A DNA stretch of 63,827 nucleotides, the filler included, from Folioceros fuciformis (lineage: Eukaryota): NCBI GenBank assembly GCA_049999805.1. It is 10 parts of 10 records of this genome, joined end to end, with 100 filler letters (N's around TTAATTAATTAA, not from the genome) between each part and the next. Parts side by side here need not be neighbours in the genome. Positions count along the whole stretch, not along the records: positions 29,113 to 38,990 come from JBNGIO010003230.1; positions 39,091 to 48,182 come from JBNGIO010003231.1; positions 48,283 to 52,902 come from JBNGIO010003232.1; 7 more parts are not named here. One strand, given 5' to 3'. The notes below the pieces were generated by a model. It saw only the letters and a program-made list of their open reading frames with translations, was not told where the DNA came from and searched no databases. Of this stretch, positions 38,401 through 50,553 are shown piece by piece. The translations under genes and the position numbers were made by a program. Position 1 is the first letter of the stretch; each line of letters starts with the position of its first letter.

Positions 38401-39090
38401 TATTCCGCATCACAACATTTTGGGAGCAGTAGGTAGTTTTTGAGAAAGATGTTCAAAGGGGCTAGTGCCCCTTTTTAGCCTTTGGCTCCCTGCTCAAGTT
38501 GTTCCTCGTATCTTTGGAGTATATGGGACTTTCAATCTTTTTCATAAATGATATTCCAAGTGCAACTTCTTAAGATTTGCACTTTGTGATACGATATCTT
38601 GGGCTATATGTATTTTCTCCAAGAGCTAAAACCACTTGCTAGTAGAGAGCAACAAGCTCTATGAAATGGAATACTTAAATTATATTTTTATGTAATAAAT
38701 TGAATAAAATAAAGGAAGGATCATAAGTACATATTCCATAAGATTAAGGACTATACGATGAACGTTGGTTTGACGAGGACTATACGATGAACGTTGGTTT
38801 GACGAAAATTTATAAATATACAAAAAAATGATAAATGAGAAACAGGTTGTGAGATGAACATTCACACATATTTAGGACGTCAATGCACTACATATATATA
38901 ATCTTGATAGTTGTAAGAATATATTGATCTCAAGGCATATTCTAGAAAAAAATGATTGAAAAGAAGGCTAGTGAGGAGTCATGCCACAAANNNNNNNNNN
39001 NNNNNNNNNNNNNNNNNNNNNNNNNNNNNNNNNNTTAATTAATTAANNNNNNNNNNNNNNNNNNNNNNNNNNNNNNNNNNNNNNNNNNNN

Positions 39091-39655
39091 GTGAAGTATC
39101 ACTTCATTCGAGAGGTGTTGGAAGACAAGAGGGTACAGCTTGTCAAAGTTCACACCAGTCAGAACCCTGCAGATGTTCTTACCAAGGGGCTCTCTACGGA
39201 GCAATTCACACAAGCTCGGACACTCATGGGCATGAGCTAGACCACTCTCTTATGAAGGTAAATTGGCCTTTAAGTGGGAGGTTGTAGGGTTATTAAAGCC
39301 CAATGTGCTTAGGCTAATGTGTTTAGTCTAAGATTAGTGTCTTGTTAATGTGCTTAGACTAATGTGTTTAGTCTAAGATTAGTGTCTAGTTAATGTGCTT
39401 AGACTAATGTGTTTAGTCTAAGATTAGTGTCTAGCTAATGTATCATTAGTTTAGATTAGCTTAAGCTAATTTGTAGGAAGCTTCTTGCGTAGCTTCCTGT
39501 GAGCTTCTTGTGAAGCTTCCTAGGGAGCTCTTCTAGAGGGTATAAATACCCCCTTGAGCTCCCTTGCCAACCACTCTCAATGTGACCTCTTTTTCTCCTC
39601 TCCTCTCTGCCTCCTCTTCTCCTCTCCTCCCCCATGCTCCTCTAGTGTTCCTACA
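39091..39655 (+). mobile_element. 3' end of copia G: RNase H tail, PPT and 3' LTR (39283-39655)
   Basis: VKYHFIRE...NPADVLTKGL; PPT AAGTGGGAGG; LTR TGTAGG...CCTACA containing a 45-bp unit x3 and TATAAATA. Confidence 0.9.
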
Positions 39656-42631
39656 CTGACTAACATATAGCAAATGTTTAGCCATGTTAGGAACATACAG
39701 TACATTGTCTAGACAGAGGAGACGACCATCTGGTTTCAGAAAACAACAAGAGCCCTGCCCCAATATCTTAAGGCCTAACTGGGTGAGTTCATCACCAAGT
39801 AGTACCTTCTCATATGTATGTAAGGGAACAAAGTTACTGAGCAAACTCCTGTTGTGGCAGATATGAGTTGTTGCTCCCGAATCTAGGTACCAAGCATCAT
39901 GCTTGGAGGATGTTGAGAGGTAGGTTGTCACCATCACAATTGGCTGCTTGCCTGATGGAGGTTTGTCCTTGGAGACCATATGTGCCTCAGCCCCTTTATG
40001 GGCCTTCTCAGCCTCCTTAGGCTTTCTAGATTTCTTTTTACGACATTCCCTCTCCCAATGGCCGGGGATACTACACTAGTTACAAGAGCCAACTCTTTTG
40101 GTTTGCCTTGGTTTCGTGTCCTTGGAGGGGCCAGCAGATGTATTCTTGTTCTTGTTGGGAAATCACGGTTTAGAGGTAAATAGAACTTTATCCATTTTAG
40201 TGCGCCCATGGTTGAAATGTGAACTATTGCATGACTGTTCCTCTTGGAATAAAGCTCCTACTACATCAGTGAAGCTAATCTGGACTGGTTGTCTTGTAGT
40301 TGCAGCTTTTCTTGCATCACGTAATGATGCTCCATAACTGGAAACGAAAGGCTGGTAGCTTGGAGGTAGGCTAGTCAAAAGCTGAGCTACTACATCTAGT
40401 TCTATCATGGGAGAACCTAGAGAGGCAAGTTGGGAACGCAGATGTCTAAACTTGGCTATGAAGACAACAACTTTCTCACTATCTTTCATACAAAAGGTAA
40501 ACAACTTGCCCCTAAAATCTACAAGTGTTAGAATGTTTTTGACATCGTAGGTTTGTGAAAGTTGGTTCTAGATGTCTTCAGCTTTGGAGAGGAAGGCAAC
40601 ATCTGGTACAAGGACCTCATCAAGGTCACTGATGATCAAAGCTCGTGCCACATTGTTAGCATTATCCCACCTATCCTTGTCCACTTGAGGAGCAGTGATG
40701 GCATGTTGTTGAAATTAGCTACTCACAACGCTCCATACGTGTCTGGCATTAAGGGTTGCATGCATGCGGACGCTCCACACGGGGTACTTGTTCCCATTGA
40801 ACCTATCACGTTCTTTGAACTCCACAGTAGAAGAAGGCTGATAGGTTGGAGGGTATGGAGTACTGTATCCTCCTCCAAGAAGTGGAGGCAAGGGTTGCTG
40901 AGGGCCTGCAATTGCAGTGGGTAGAGGAGGCTAGGCTTGTCCATAAAGTCCCGTGCCGAATGCAGGGAAGGGATTCACATAGCTAGCTCCTCCCCTTGAC
41001 AGTGGATTCACGGGTCCTGCTCCTAGTGTAGGCAGAGGATTCCCGAAGCCAACTCCAAAGCTCGGCAGTGGGTTGTAAAAGCCTGCTCCTAATGTGGCAG
41101 GAAGGTATGATAGCACAGTTCCAGTTCCTTGCGCAGATGTGACGAAGGTATATGACTTTATGTTTGTGGCAGGCGTAGATGTAACGGCTTGTGTGGTTGA
41201 TGCTGATGTTGGCTTGGATATCTCAGATGGTGGAGGGGCAATTGGAGCGATGGCTGTTGGCGCAGAGCCACTTGAAGAGGATGGCGCAGAAGCGCCCACA
41301 CTAGTGGCACCTAGCAAAGCGCCAGCAATTGCCTGCCCTAGTTCTAGGGTGGTCTCTAGGTTTCCGGCCATGGTGGATGCACAAATTGGTAGTGTAGAAA
41401 GGTAAGACTATTGGTTTCTCAAGAGTCTTGTATCCCTGCAGAAAAGTTACATCTTCTCATGGGAATGGGCGCAGATCTGAAGAGGCGCCTGCAAAGGGGT
41501 GCGAGTCTGCAATCCTTGTGCAAGGTAAGCATCTTCCAAATTCGTGTGCCACTTCGTGATAGTGAACGTGACCCTTCACATCTCCTTCTTGCTGCGCGCA
41601 GATGCGTTAAGCTGGGAGATGGTGAAATCGCATACCAACATCAGAAAATGATGTTGCAACAGCTGTCCTTTGGGGATTCTTCTTCTTCAAAAAACAAGAA
41701 AGCCCTTCAGGTGTACTGCTAGGGTATTGATTTGTGCCTTGATTTCTTGGATGTCCAGAAGGATTTGTGTTGTCAAAGCCTGATTTCTGGTAGTGTGACG
41801 GGATAGCATAGCCTGCACGTCTTGGTGATCAATTGGCGGGGTTACAAATGGAATCACACTCAACAGATGACGGTGAGAGGCAGCCTGGGCATCACCGTGT
41901 TCTTGAACTTGATGGATGCAGCCCTTCTTCCAATTGTTGTTACTAGGCCTGATGAAGTCTGGCCTGTTTGGGTGTAGGGTATACTTGGCTCTGGCCGGTC
42001 TCTTTCTAACTGTTTGTTGGCGCGAGTCTAGATGCAAACGTGGGGGAAAAGTATCAATAGAGGAACTTCTAGAGACCAGGCCACACTGCCTGAGGCGATC
42101 CCTTTCTTTGATGAACCTCTCTATGATAAAGTTGTTATAGCTCCTACTTCTTGGTTGCCTGTTCCTGCGAGGCACTTTGTAATTCTGTGCGCCCTGTCTA
42201 CATGCTACCCAACAATAGTGCAACAGAAGTCTTTTCCTTACAACCTGCTTTTTATTTGTGATCTATAGCTAATATGGTCATGTAGGTGGTGAAGGACTGT
42301 CGGTCACATGAACTAGGGGCCATGGGAAATGGTTACTGGGTTTTGTGCCCAATCAGCCCTTGCACTACATGCATCTACCACATCAGATTTTGAAACACAA
42401 AGCAAATTGGATTAGGATCAGATATCAAAGCCTGGGGCTCTGATACCATGTCAATTTGCTTAGAATTGCTGGGATAGTAGACTAAGAAACATGGAAATAA
42501 AACATAATAATTATTGCGGTCAAAGAGAATATCTTATATACATATGTTTTGTTCTCTAAGTGACCTTTCGGTAACCGTAGCTATTTAACCCTAAGGAGTG
42601 GTTATATAAATAGCCCTAAGTTATTCCAACA
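39656..42631 (-). mobile_element. 5' half of copia H (LTR, PBS, accessory ORF, gag, protease), interrupted by element G
   Basis: LTR about 42449-42631. Canonical tRNA-iMet PBS TGGTATCAGAGC at 42448-42437. gag from 41371 (ERDRFNGNKYPVW), WYLDSGATTH. Reading stops at NMAKHLLYVSQ, exactly at the end of the G LTR. Confidence 0.93.
41687..42223 (-). CDS. Accessory open frame (178 codons) between PBS and gag in copia H
   Basis: Arg-rich N-terminal half and C-terminal heptads ILLDIQEIKAQINTLAVHL. No 5' ATG (track start is TTG), so it may be decayed. Confidence 0.4.
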   Translation of the reverse strand: MHYCWVACRQGAQNYKVPRRNRQPRSRSYNNFIIERFIKERDRLRQCGLVSRSSSIDTFPPRLHLDSRQQTVRKRPARAKYTLHPNRPDFIRPSNNNWKKGCIHQVQEHGDAQAASHRHLLSVIPFVTPPIDHQDVQAMLSRHTTRNQALTTQILLDIQEIKAQINTLAVHLKGFLVF

Positions 42632-44185
42632 CATAACCTAATCATTTAGTAGGGAAGGTGGGACTAGATGTGGGGTCGATGTTCCACCCAATCACCCTCG
42701 AACTAAAGGATACCCTATTTGACGTCTTAGCTGGATCTGTGGTCGTGAGACAACATGGCACGGGGTTCAAAGCAACATCAACGCACTTTTAGACAAGCAC
42801 CTAGATAGGGTATCCCATCAATAGGTCATATGAGTGCCATAGGGGTTCCAAACAATTACAATGGATGTTCATGGTGGCCAGAGTGGATGGTAGTAGTAGC
42901 TGCGAATGTCAAATGACAATGGGGAAGTGGGGGGGGGGGGTGGGTAGTGTTAGAAATTTTGATGGGAGATAGACCGTTTAAATTGCCAGATCATGATATA
43001 ATAGATGCCATTGATATCTTTGTACATAATGATCTTGAAGGCTAGTCCTTTTCAAGGTCCTTTTCAGCTAGCTGCATGTGGTTTCCTATCTTGTTGTTCA
43101 ATGTAGTCTATGCTACCCCAATAGACTCATAGGTGTGATTAAAAGACACTAAAGCTAAGCTTTTTCCTTTATGATAGATAGAGGCATGAACAAATCTTGG
43201 CAAGTGCAATTGCCCACAAAATGTTGATACTTTCTACACCTAAAGCTATTATCACTTCTAATCTAATTTAATTTTTTAAGTCACTATCTTAAGATTATCT
43301 ATGATAGTGTTAGCACTCACAAGTCGGTGCTGTGGACAGGAACATTGGTGTCGCCAATAAACTCTCATTGTTATAGTGACACGCACGCAATAGATTATTG
43401 GCCATAGCCCTATTTTGACTGCCGGACCAAATATGTGTTGGTGCAGCGAATGAGGTGTCACACCAGACCGGCCCTGTCAACCACGTGAAGGAGATGGTGG
43501 TCGATAGGGCCCTACGATGCGGCCAAAGCGAGGCCTGAATACCATCACATTTGAAGCCCACGAGACCTCCAACGGCGGAGAGGTAGTCAACGACGTGCAG
43601 CACCAGTCCACCCGGAGCTTCTTTTTATTCGGTTAGGCGTCCGGTTTCCAGAAGGTGCGGGCTGGCTGTCGCTTGCGCTCTACTTTTGTTCCTTTCGTAA
43701 CAAATTAATTCTGCTTCTTATATTCGTTTCATGACAGCGGAGATGCTTCGACATTGACTGCCATTGACGGCATTGCCATGTGAGGTTACAGGGTCTAACA
43801 AGCGTTCTCGGCGTGGTCTGTCGGACGGATTATGATATTTTTTACAGTTCGGCGGGAGCTTATGTGTCATTAATATCATAAACCCTTTGTCGAGTCGAGA
43901 AAGGGTTGGTTTGGTGTCCGGACGTGGGGATGACGAGGAAGCTCTTTTGCTGGTGAGACTCCTCGTTCACCACCCCTTCCTGCCGGAGCCGGAGACGGGT
44001 AGGGGCTTGTCAGGTACTGCGTCCTGGGGGAGGTTGTGCCTGCTTGTTCGCTCTCATATCTGCTGGGACCTCCCTGCGAGGATTGCGTTGGCGTTTGTTT
44101 GCTTGTGTGTCCTGTGCAGGCCCTGAGGGCAGTGAAGGTGGGAGGCCGTCAGATGGTCTGATTCCCTTTCTCGGCACAGGTCGTC

Positions 44186-47100
44186 ATGGAGAATTCGCTG
44201 AAGCGTGTTGCGGGATGGGCGTGTCTGCTGTGGGCAGTTGCGCTTGTGGGCTGGGGGTGTGGGATTGCACTGGCGGATGCTGGATTGGACGCGGAGTTCC
44301 TGCTGGCTTTCAAAGGTGGTCTGAATGACCCGGACCAGACGCTGTTCAATTGGAATGCGTCGGTCCCGGTGTGCGAGTGGAAGGGGGTGAGATGCGATTC
44401 TGCAGGGAATGTGACAGGGCTGACTCTGGATTCCAGCAGGATTTCGGGGCCTCTCAGCCCGGCGCTCTGCGGCATCTCTACTTTGCAAACCCTCTTCGTG
44501 TCCAACACGAGTATCAACGGGAGCTTCTCGGCCGGCCTCTTCAACTGTACTGGCTTGTCTGCCCTCACGGTGAAGGCGAGTGCCATGGAAGGGCCGCTTC
44601 CTGATGGCTTCTCTGCTTTCACGGGGCTGCGGGAGCTGGACCTGTCCAACTGTTCTTTCTCCGGCAGCCTGCCTCCGTCCATGGGAGATATGCTGCAGCT
44701 TACCAGCTTGAACATGTCGTACAACCAGCTCACGGGAGGGATTCCGCGCTTGTTCCAGAAGCTGGCCGGGCTGGAGTACTTGCTGCTGCACAACAACCTA
44801 CTGAATGAGACCATTCCTGACTTCATCGGTAGTCTGCAGGAGCTGGTTTTCCTGGACTTGGCTAACAATCAGGTGAGTGGAGGGATTCCTGATTCCATCG
44901 GAAACCTGTCCAAGCTGGTGTGCTTGTCTCTTGGGGCGAATGCACTCTCTGGGGCTATTCCACAGAACATCACCAGGTTACAGTCTCTCTCTACGTTGTT
45001 GCTTTATGAGAATCGACTCACTGGGGGATTTCCTCCGGGGATGGGAGGAATGAAGAACATGACGCATTTCGAAGGGGATGAAAATGGGTTGGATGGGCCT
45101 TTACCACCTGATTTGGGTGAGTGGACGCGGCTGCACATCTTCACTTGTGCTATCAATGGCCTCACGGGAGGCTTTCCTCCAGGACTGAGTAACCTCACCG
45201 AGCTCCAGGAACTGTCTCTGTTTCAAAACCAGTTGAAGGGAACTATACCTTATGACTTTGGATTCAACAACAATCAACTGAAGCGGTTTGAGGTAACCAA
45301 CAATTCAATGTCAGGATCGGTGCCTCCGTATTTGTGCAACGGAGGCAGGCTTCGCTCTCTTGCACTGGGGATCAACTCCTTCACTGGAGATTTCCCGAGC
45401 GCGTACGCTAATTGCAGCTCCCTGACGGGACTGGACCTCCACGACAACCAGCTCACGGGCAACATTCCAGACGAGTTATGGGGCAGTTCTGTTCTTTTCT
45501 ACCTGGACATCTCTTCCAACAACTTTAGTGGCAGCATCCCTCCGGAAGTTGGCGGGGCCGTGACCAGATACACCATGAACATCAACGACAACGGTTTCTC
45601 AGGTACTCTCCCTTCGGAAATAGGACAGATGGCTAAGCTGGTTCGCTTCCATGCTGGCAACAACAGTTTCGAAGGACCTATTCCAGCGACCCTGGGCCAG
45701 TTGAAGAATCTGGAAGAGCTGGAGCTGGATTTCAACCTGCTGTCCCATGCCATCCCTGATGCCATTGGTGACTGTGTGTCATTGACCACGCTCACGTTGG
45801 CAAACAATCAGCTGTCCGGCTCCATCCCCGCCTCCCTGTCCCAGCTGCCTAGACTGACTGTTTTGGACCTCTCCAGCAACAGACTCACCGGGACAATCCC
45901 TCCCGGCTTCGGGTATGGTAACCAGACTTCCTTGACATTGAACGTCTCCAACAACGATCTTACCGGGCGTCTGCCATTACCCTACACTGGGGGAGGATTC
46001 AGTGAAGATTTTCTGGACAACCCAGGGCTGTGCGGCCCAGGGTTGCTGGTGCCGACTCCATGCTACACTCCTGTTGCTGCCAAATGGCCATGGATAGTGG
46101 GGTGCACATTCGGTGTGGCAGCATTGCTGCTGGTTGTAGGTGTCTCCTGCTTCATCCGCAAGTACCAGAAACACAGGACCAAGGGTGGACGATCGTGGAA
46201 CATTTCATCCTTCCAGAAAGTGGACTTCACAGAGTACGACCTGGTGCAGGGCCTGAGGGAGGAGAATGTGGTCGGCAAGGGTGCGGCAGGCACGGTGTAC
46301 AGGATGACGCTACCGGACGGCCAGACCGTGGCTGTGAAGAAGCTGCACGGCTGCGGGAGCTGGGATTCCAAGCACGGAGACTACGGGTTCAAAGCCGAGG
46401 TCGAAACCCTGGGCAAGAACACGCGGCATCGCAACATCGTGAAACTGCTGTGCTGCTGCACCAGCCGGGACTGCAACCTGCTGGTTTACGAGTACATGAA
46501 GCAGGGCAGCCTGGGCCAGCTGCTTCACCATTCACCCAACGGCGCAGTCTTGGATTGGTCCACCCGACTGCGCATCGCTGTAGGCGCTGCCAACGGCTTG
46601 CTCTACCTGCACCACGACGCACCAGACGGTCAGATCCTGCACCGAGACGTGAAATCCAACAACATCCTGGTGGACGGGGATTGGGAGGCCCGGTTGTCGG
46701 ACTTCGGCCTGGCTAAGCTCCTGGAGACATACAGCACAGGGGACTTCACTGCCACTAGGCTGGCAGGATCTGCCGGGTACATTGCACCAGGTGAGCACAT
46801 ATGTGCAAATCTGGATGCGTCCAGTTTCCTGTTGCTTCTGTGTATGTGCATGGTAGGGCCTAACCTGTAGGATGACATGACGGTGTTGCTGTGCAGAGTA
46901 CGGGTACACATTCAAGGTCACGGAAAAGAGTGATGTCTACAGCTTCGGGGTGGTGCTGCTGGAGCTGGTGACCGGGATGAGGCCCATCGAGCCGGAAGTG
47001 TATGGGGAAGGGGCCAGCATTGTGAACTGGGTTCTGGACAAGTGCAGCAGTGAGCAGGGAAGGGTTGAGGTGCTGGACTCCAGGTTGGTGTGGGAAGGGA

Positions 47101-47261
47101 CGGAGAGCATGCTTAATGTGCTGCAGGTAGCTCTGCTGTGCACTAGCCAGGCTCCCAGCAAGCGCCCCTCCATGCGCGAGGTGGTGGACATGCTTGTGCA
47201 ATGCGCGGGCCCCAATGAGAAGGAAGATTTGCTCAAGTTGGTTGGTCCAGCCACAAACTGA
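44186..47261 (+). CDS. LRR receptor-like kinase, subfamily XI-like (HAESA/HSL/CLV1 group), about 989 aa, 2 exons
   Basis: Signal peptide, CEWKGVRC cap, about 20 plant LRRs, NPGLCG, TM helix, WNISSFQKVDF, kinase GKGAAGTVY / HRDVKSNN / DFGLAK. Exons 44186-46790 and 46897-47261, with a GT-AG intron at the conserved GYIAP/EY site. Confidence 0.96.
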
Positions 47262-48055
47262 CCCTCGTGTTTCCCTTTTTGATGAGTGTAGACGCTTTGT
47301 TCCGCAACATGTGGTTGTACACTGAAGATAAATAAGTTTTGGGGCAATGCTTTGCTAGGATCCCCGCAGTCGCCCTTCGGGCTTGGTTGGATTCCCGCCG
47401 CAAAGACAAGCGACTGTTCTAACGTTGCTGGTGACTGATTATGTGGTGCATGAACTTGGGGACCGTAAAGTAAAATATTTTATTATACACTCTAAATATG
47501 ATTTTTTCACATCTATTTATAGTTTTGCAAGAAGGACACCCACGTCCCATCAGGTTAATCCGAGTGCTCAGCGAGAAACGCTCGACCCCATGCAGGCAAG
47601 AGTGAGAAAAAGGAACCATAAAATCCATAAAGCACTTTTTCTATTTTATGCTTATTTATTTATTTTATGTTTTTAAAGTGTTTCCTACACCATTTTCTGT
47701 ACACTTGCCAAATCTAAATACATTCTTCCAGTGTCCACACAATAAGGAGAGAGCATACCACACAATAAGGCATACCTATAGAATCTAGAAGAGACATTAC
47801 CCACGTCATGATCTTTTTTTTTTTCTCCTCAATAGAAGAAATCTGCTGCGGTCTTATTCCACTCTCATCACTTGCCCTATCTCAGTATTGTATTAACTAG
47901 AAAAGAAAACCTTCTGATGCAATTGAGATTGTGAATGGATTGGTCCACACAACATGAGGGTTGTTGTAGTCATAGAACTTTGTTTAATTGTACACAAACA
48001 CACTTACATTTAAAAATCTCACTACGCAAAGAGATTTGTGCTATGTCTTACCCTC

Positions 48056-48182
48056 GTGGCCATGTCATTTAACAAGGCTTCTTCACCATAGCCTTGTGGC
48101 CATGTCATTTAACAAGGCTTCTTCACCATAGCCTTGTGGCCATGTCATTTAACAAGGCTTCTTCACCATAGCCTTGTGGCCA
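48056..48182. repeat. Exact 40-bp tandem repeat x3 at contig edge
   Basis: Unit GTGGCCATGTCATTTAACAAGGCTTCTTCACCATAGCCTT. Confidence 0.95.
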
Positions 48183-48282
48183 NNNNNNNNNNNNNNNNNN
48201 NNNNNNNNNNNNNNNNNNNNNNNNNNTTAATTAATTAANNNNNNNNNNNNNNNNNNNNNNNNNNNNNNNNNNNNNNNNNNNN

Positions 48283-50320
48283 TGGTTCAATGGCTCCTGA
48301 TGAAGTCCTTATGTTCCAAGGAGAGCTCTTAAGTGCTAACCCACTAAGCTTGAGCCTTGCTGCTAAGGATTTGCCAATAATCATTGGTTGGACACCGGTG
48401 TTCAGCAACTCCACTCTCGGAGCATACCCATTCACCGTGATGTGCCATGCATCATTGTTAACAAGTGCATTGCCGACTCTGATTGCCAAGTGGTTAGTGG
48501 GCTGAATCCTTGGAGAGGTCATGGGTCGAGCAAGCTGTCCTCTAGCTGCTGCAGCATCAATCATGTCTACTGGTACTGTTCCCTGGTGCAATGTGAGGTG
48601 CTACCAAGCACCACCCACTCTTTGTGACCTACTAGTGGCCAGTAAGACAGCGCTGCAGAAAATGTAGCTGGTGGCATCGATTGCAATGCCTTGGGCAGAT
48701 GCTTGGGTTCCAGCCCTACATCTTGCAATGAGAATAGCAGAATGCCTGCTAACCTCCCAGACATCTGTTCTGTAGTAAAAGCCCTGGGCATTAAGTAGAT
48801 TGGTCTATTGGCTGCCACCTGTTGCTGTAGTGAAGGCCTGTCCATTGGCTATGGCCCTTCCACCAAGGTGGAGTGCTCCTGCCCTCGGACTGGAATGGCA
48901 CTCTTTGGTGACAATGGTGCAAACGATTGGGGCATGGCTGCCTTGGCACCTCACTGCCGAGTGATTGGTCCTGCTGCTGTCTCCAGCGCTGGGGTGCACA
49001 ACTGTTAACCTACCCAAGTTTGTGGAAGCTCTGCAACTACCATGACCTCAACCTCCATCTGGTTGACAATGCATACCTGATGTGGTGAGCCGTAATCCTC
49101 CCTCCTATCTCTGACCAATTTAGCAACATTGTTGTGGAACATAGATTTTCGGGCCAGTGTTCCAATTTTGGTACAACGTGTACAAATGTGGCTAGTATAG
49201 GGAAGGTTGGTTCCTTCCTAGTTGGTTTTGGTTCTATTTTCTATTTTTATTTTTCAGCGGCTATATATGTGAGTGGGGTGTTCGCACATGGTAAGGAGAA
49301 GCATCTGTCCAAGGGACAGGAGCCTTATGGATCTGTCAAGGGGGCATAAGTGGTTTGGTACCGAACCAGTAGGTTTGGTAAGAGGTCCGGGCAGGAACCT
49401 GCTAAACCAGGCTGCGTGCAAGAACTCCAAGTCCCTAGGTTGCATGCAACCACTCTAAGTCCCCAAGTGGCATGCGAGAACTCCAAGTCACTAGGCTGCA
49501 AGCACTCCAAGTTTCCATGCGACATGCGACCACTCTAAGTCCTCATGTGCTTGAGAGCTTAGGGAAAGTAGCCATTTGTGAGCAAACGGGTGGGCAGCAA
49601 GGATCTGTGAGTTGCGGGAGGTTGCCACAGTGGAGAGGAAATGAGCTTAGACAATGGAGAGGCAGTAAGGCTGCCAAGGAGGAGAAGAAACGCGATGGCT
49701 GCCCCTCCTTTTGTTTTTTTACCTTCTGTGATCCAGGAGCGATCTGGAGGCAAGATTGTAGAGCTAGGATAAGTACTCTAGGATATCGAACTCAAGGATT
49801 CGCCACAAAGATCTGCAAACACAAATCCAACATACAACTACACAATCTCACACAATTGCTGCAAGCACTCAATCTCTTTCGCTGCTACACTCTCAATATC
49901 ACAATCTCAAACCTTCCACGAGTCACCAATCTCTCTCTCTCTCTCTCTGAGAGCTCTTGTGCTTTCTGTGAAGCCCTCTCTGAGCTCACAATCTCATAAT
50001 AAATTAAAACTATCAAAACGCTAGCTTATATAGTAGCCAACCCTAGCTAAACTGCAAGTTAAAAGTTAACCCAATGCAAGTTAAGCTTACTCTAATTAAA
50101 GCAATTAAAATTTGATCTTTGCTGAATTCTTCCGATTTAGCTTATTCTTGAACTTTATTCCGCTGCATTAGATCTTGCAAAAGAGTGGTTAACATACTTT
50201 TAGCTTATTCTTGAACTTTATTCCGCTGCATTAGATCTTGCAAAAGAGTGGTTAACATACTTTTAGCTTATTCTTGAACTTTATTTCGCTGCATTAGATC
50301 TTGCAAAAGAGTGGTTAACA
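48283..50320 (-). mobile_element. Ty3/gypsy-like element 5' part (LTR about 49757-50320, decayed gag and aspartic protease)
   Basis: Protease-like ELLNTGVQPMIIGKSLAARLKL and a decayed knuckle near 48890-48925. The LTR reads TGTTAAC...CTCTACA on the minus strand, with CTATATAAG and a GA-rich R/U5. Confidence 0.65.
50136..50320. repeat. 63-bp tandem repeat x3 at the LTR end
   Basis: Copies start at 50136, 50199 and 50262 and are near-identical. Confidence 0.95.
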
Positions 50321-50445
50321 AACTCTCCCCAATTTATCTGGAAGCGTCCACGTTGACTGAGTTGAGCATGTTTGTTGCTTTTGATGTTTATGCTGGTTGC
50401 TTCTGGGGTTATGTAGTTGGGTAGCCTTCCTCGATTGCATTCTTT

Positions 50446-50553
50446 AGCTATATAAGCTGAGTTTACGAGAGTAGCTATATAAGCTGAGCTTACAAGAATA
50501 GCTATATAAGCTGACTTTACGAGAGTAGCTATATAAGCTGAGCTTACGAGAGT
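50446..50553. repeat. 27-bp tandem repeat x4
   Basis: Unit AGCTATATAAGCTGAGCTTACGAGAGT; each copy contains TATATAA. Confidence 0.9.

Noticed and set aside
42437-42448. tRNA-Met-related sequence
   Set aside because: A 12-nt retrotransposon primer-binding site, not a tRNA gene. No tRNA or rRNA genes were recognised in the window.
44054-47347. Numerous overlapping ORFs across the LRR-RLK
   Set aside because: Expected in GC-rich coding DNA; the kinase frame explains the region.
48056-48182. Exact 40-bp triplication as a functional element
   Set aside because: It sits at a contig end and is perfectly identical; it probably caused or results from the assembly break.
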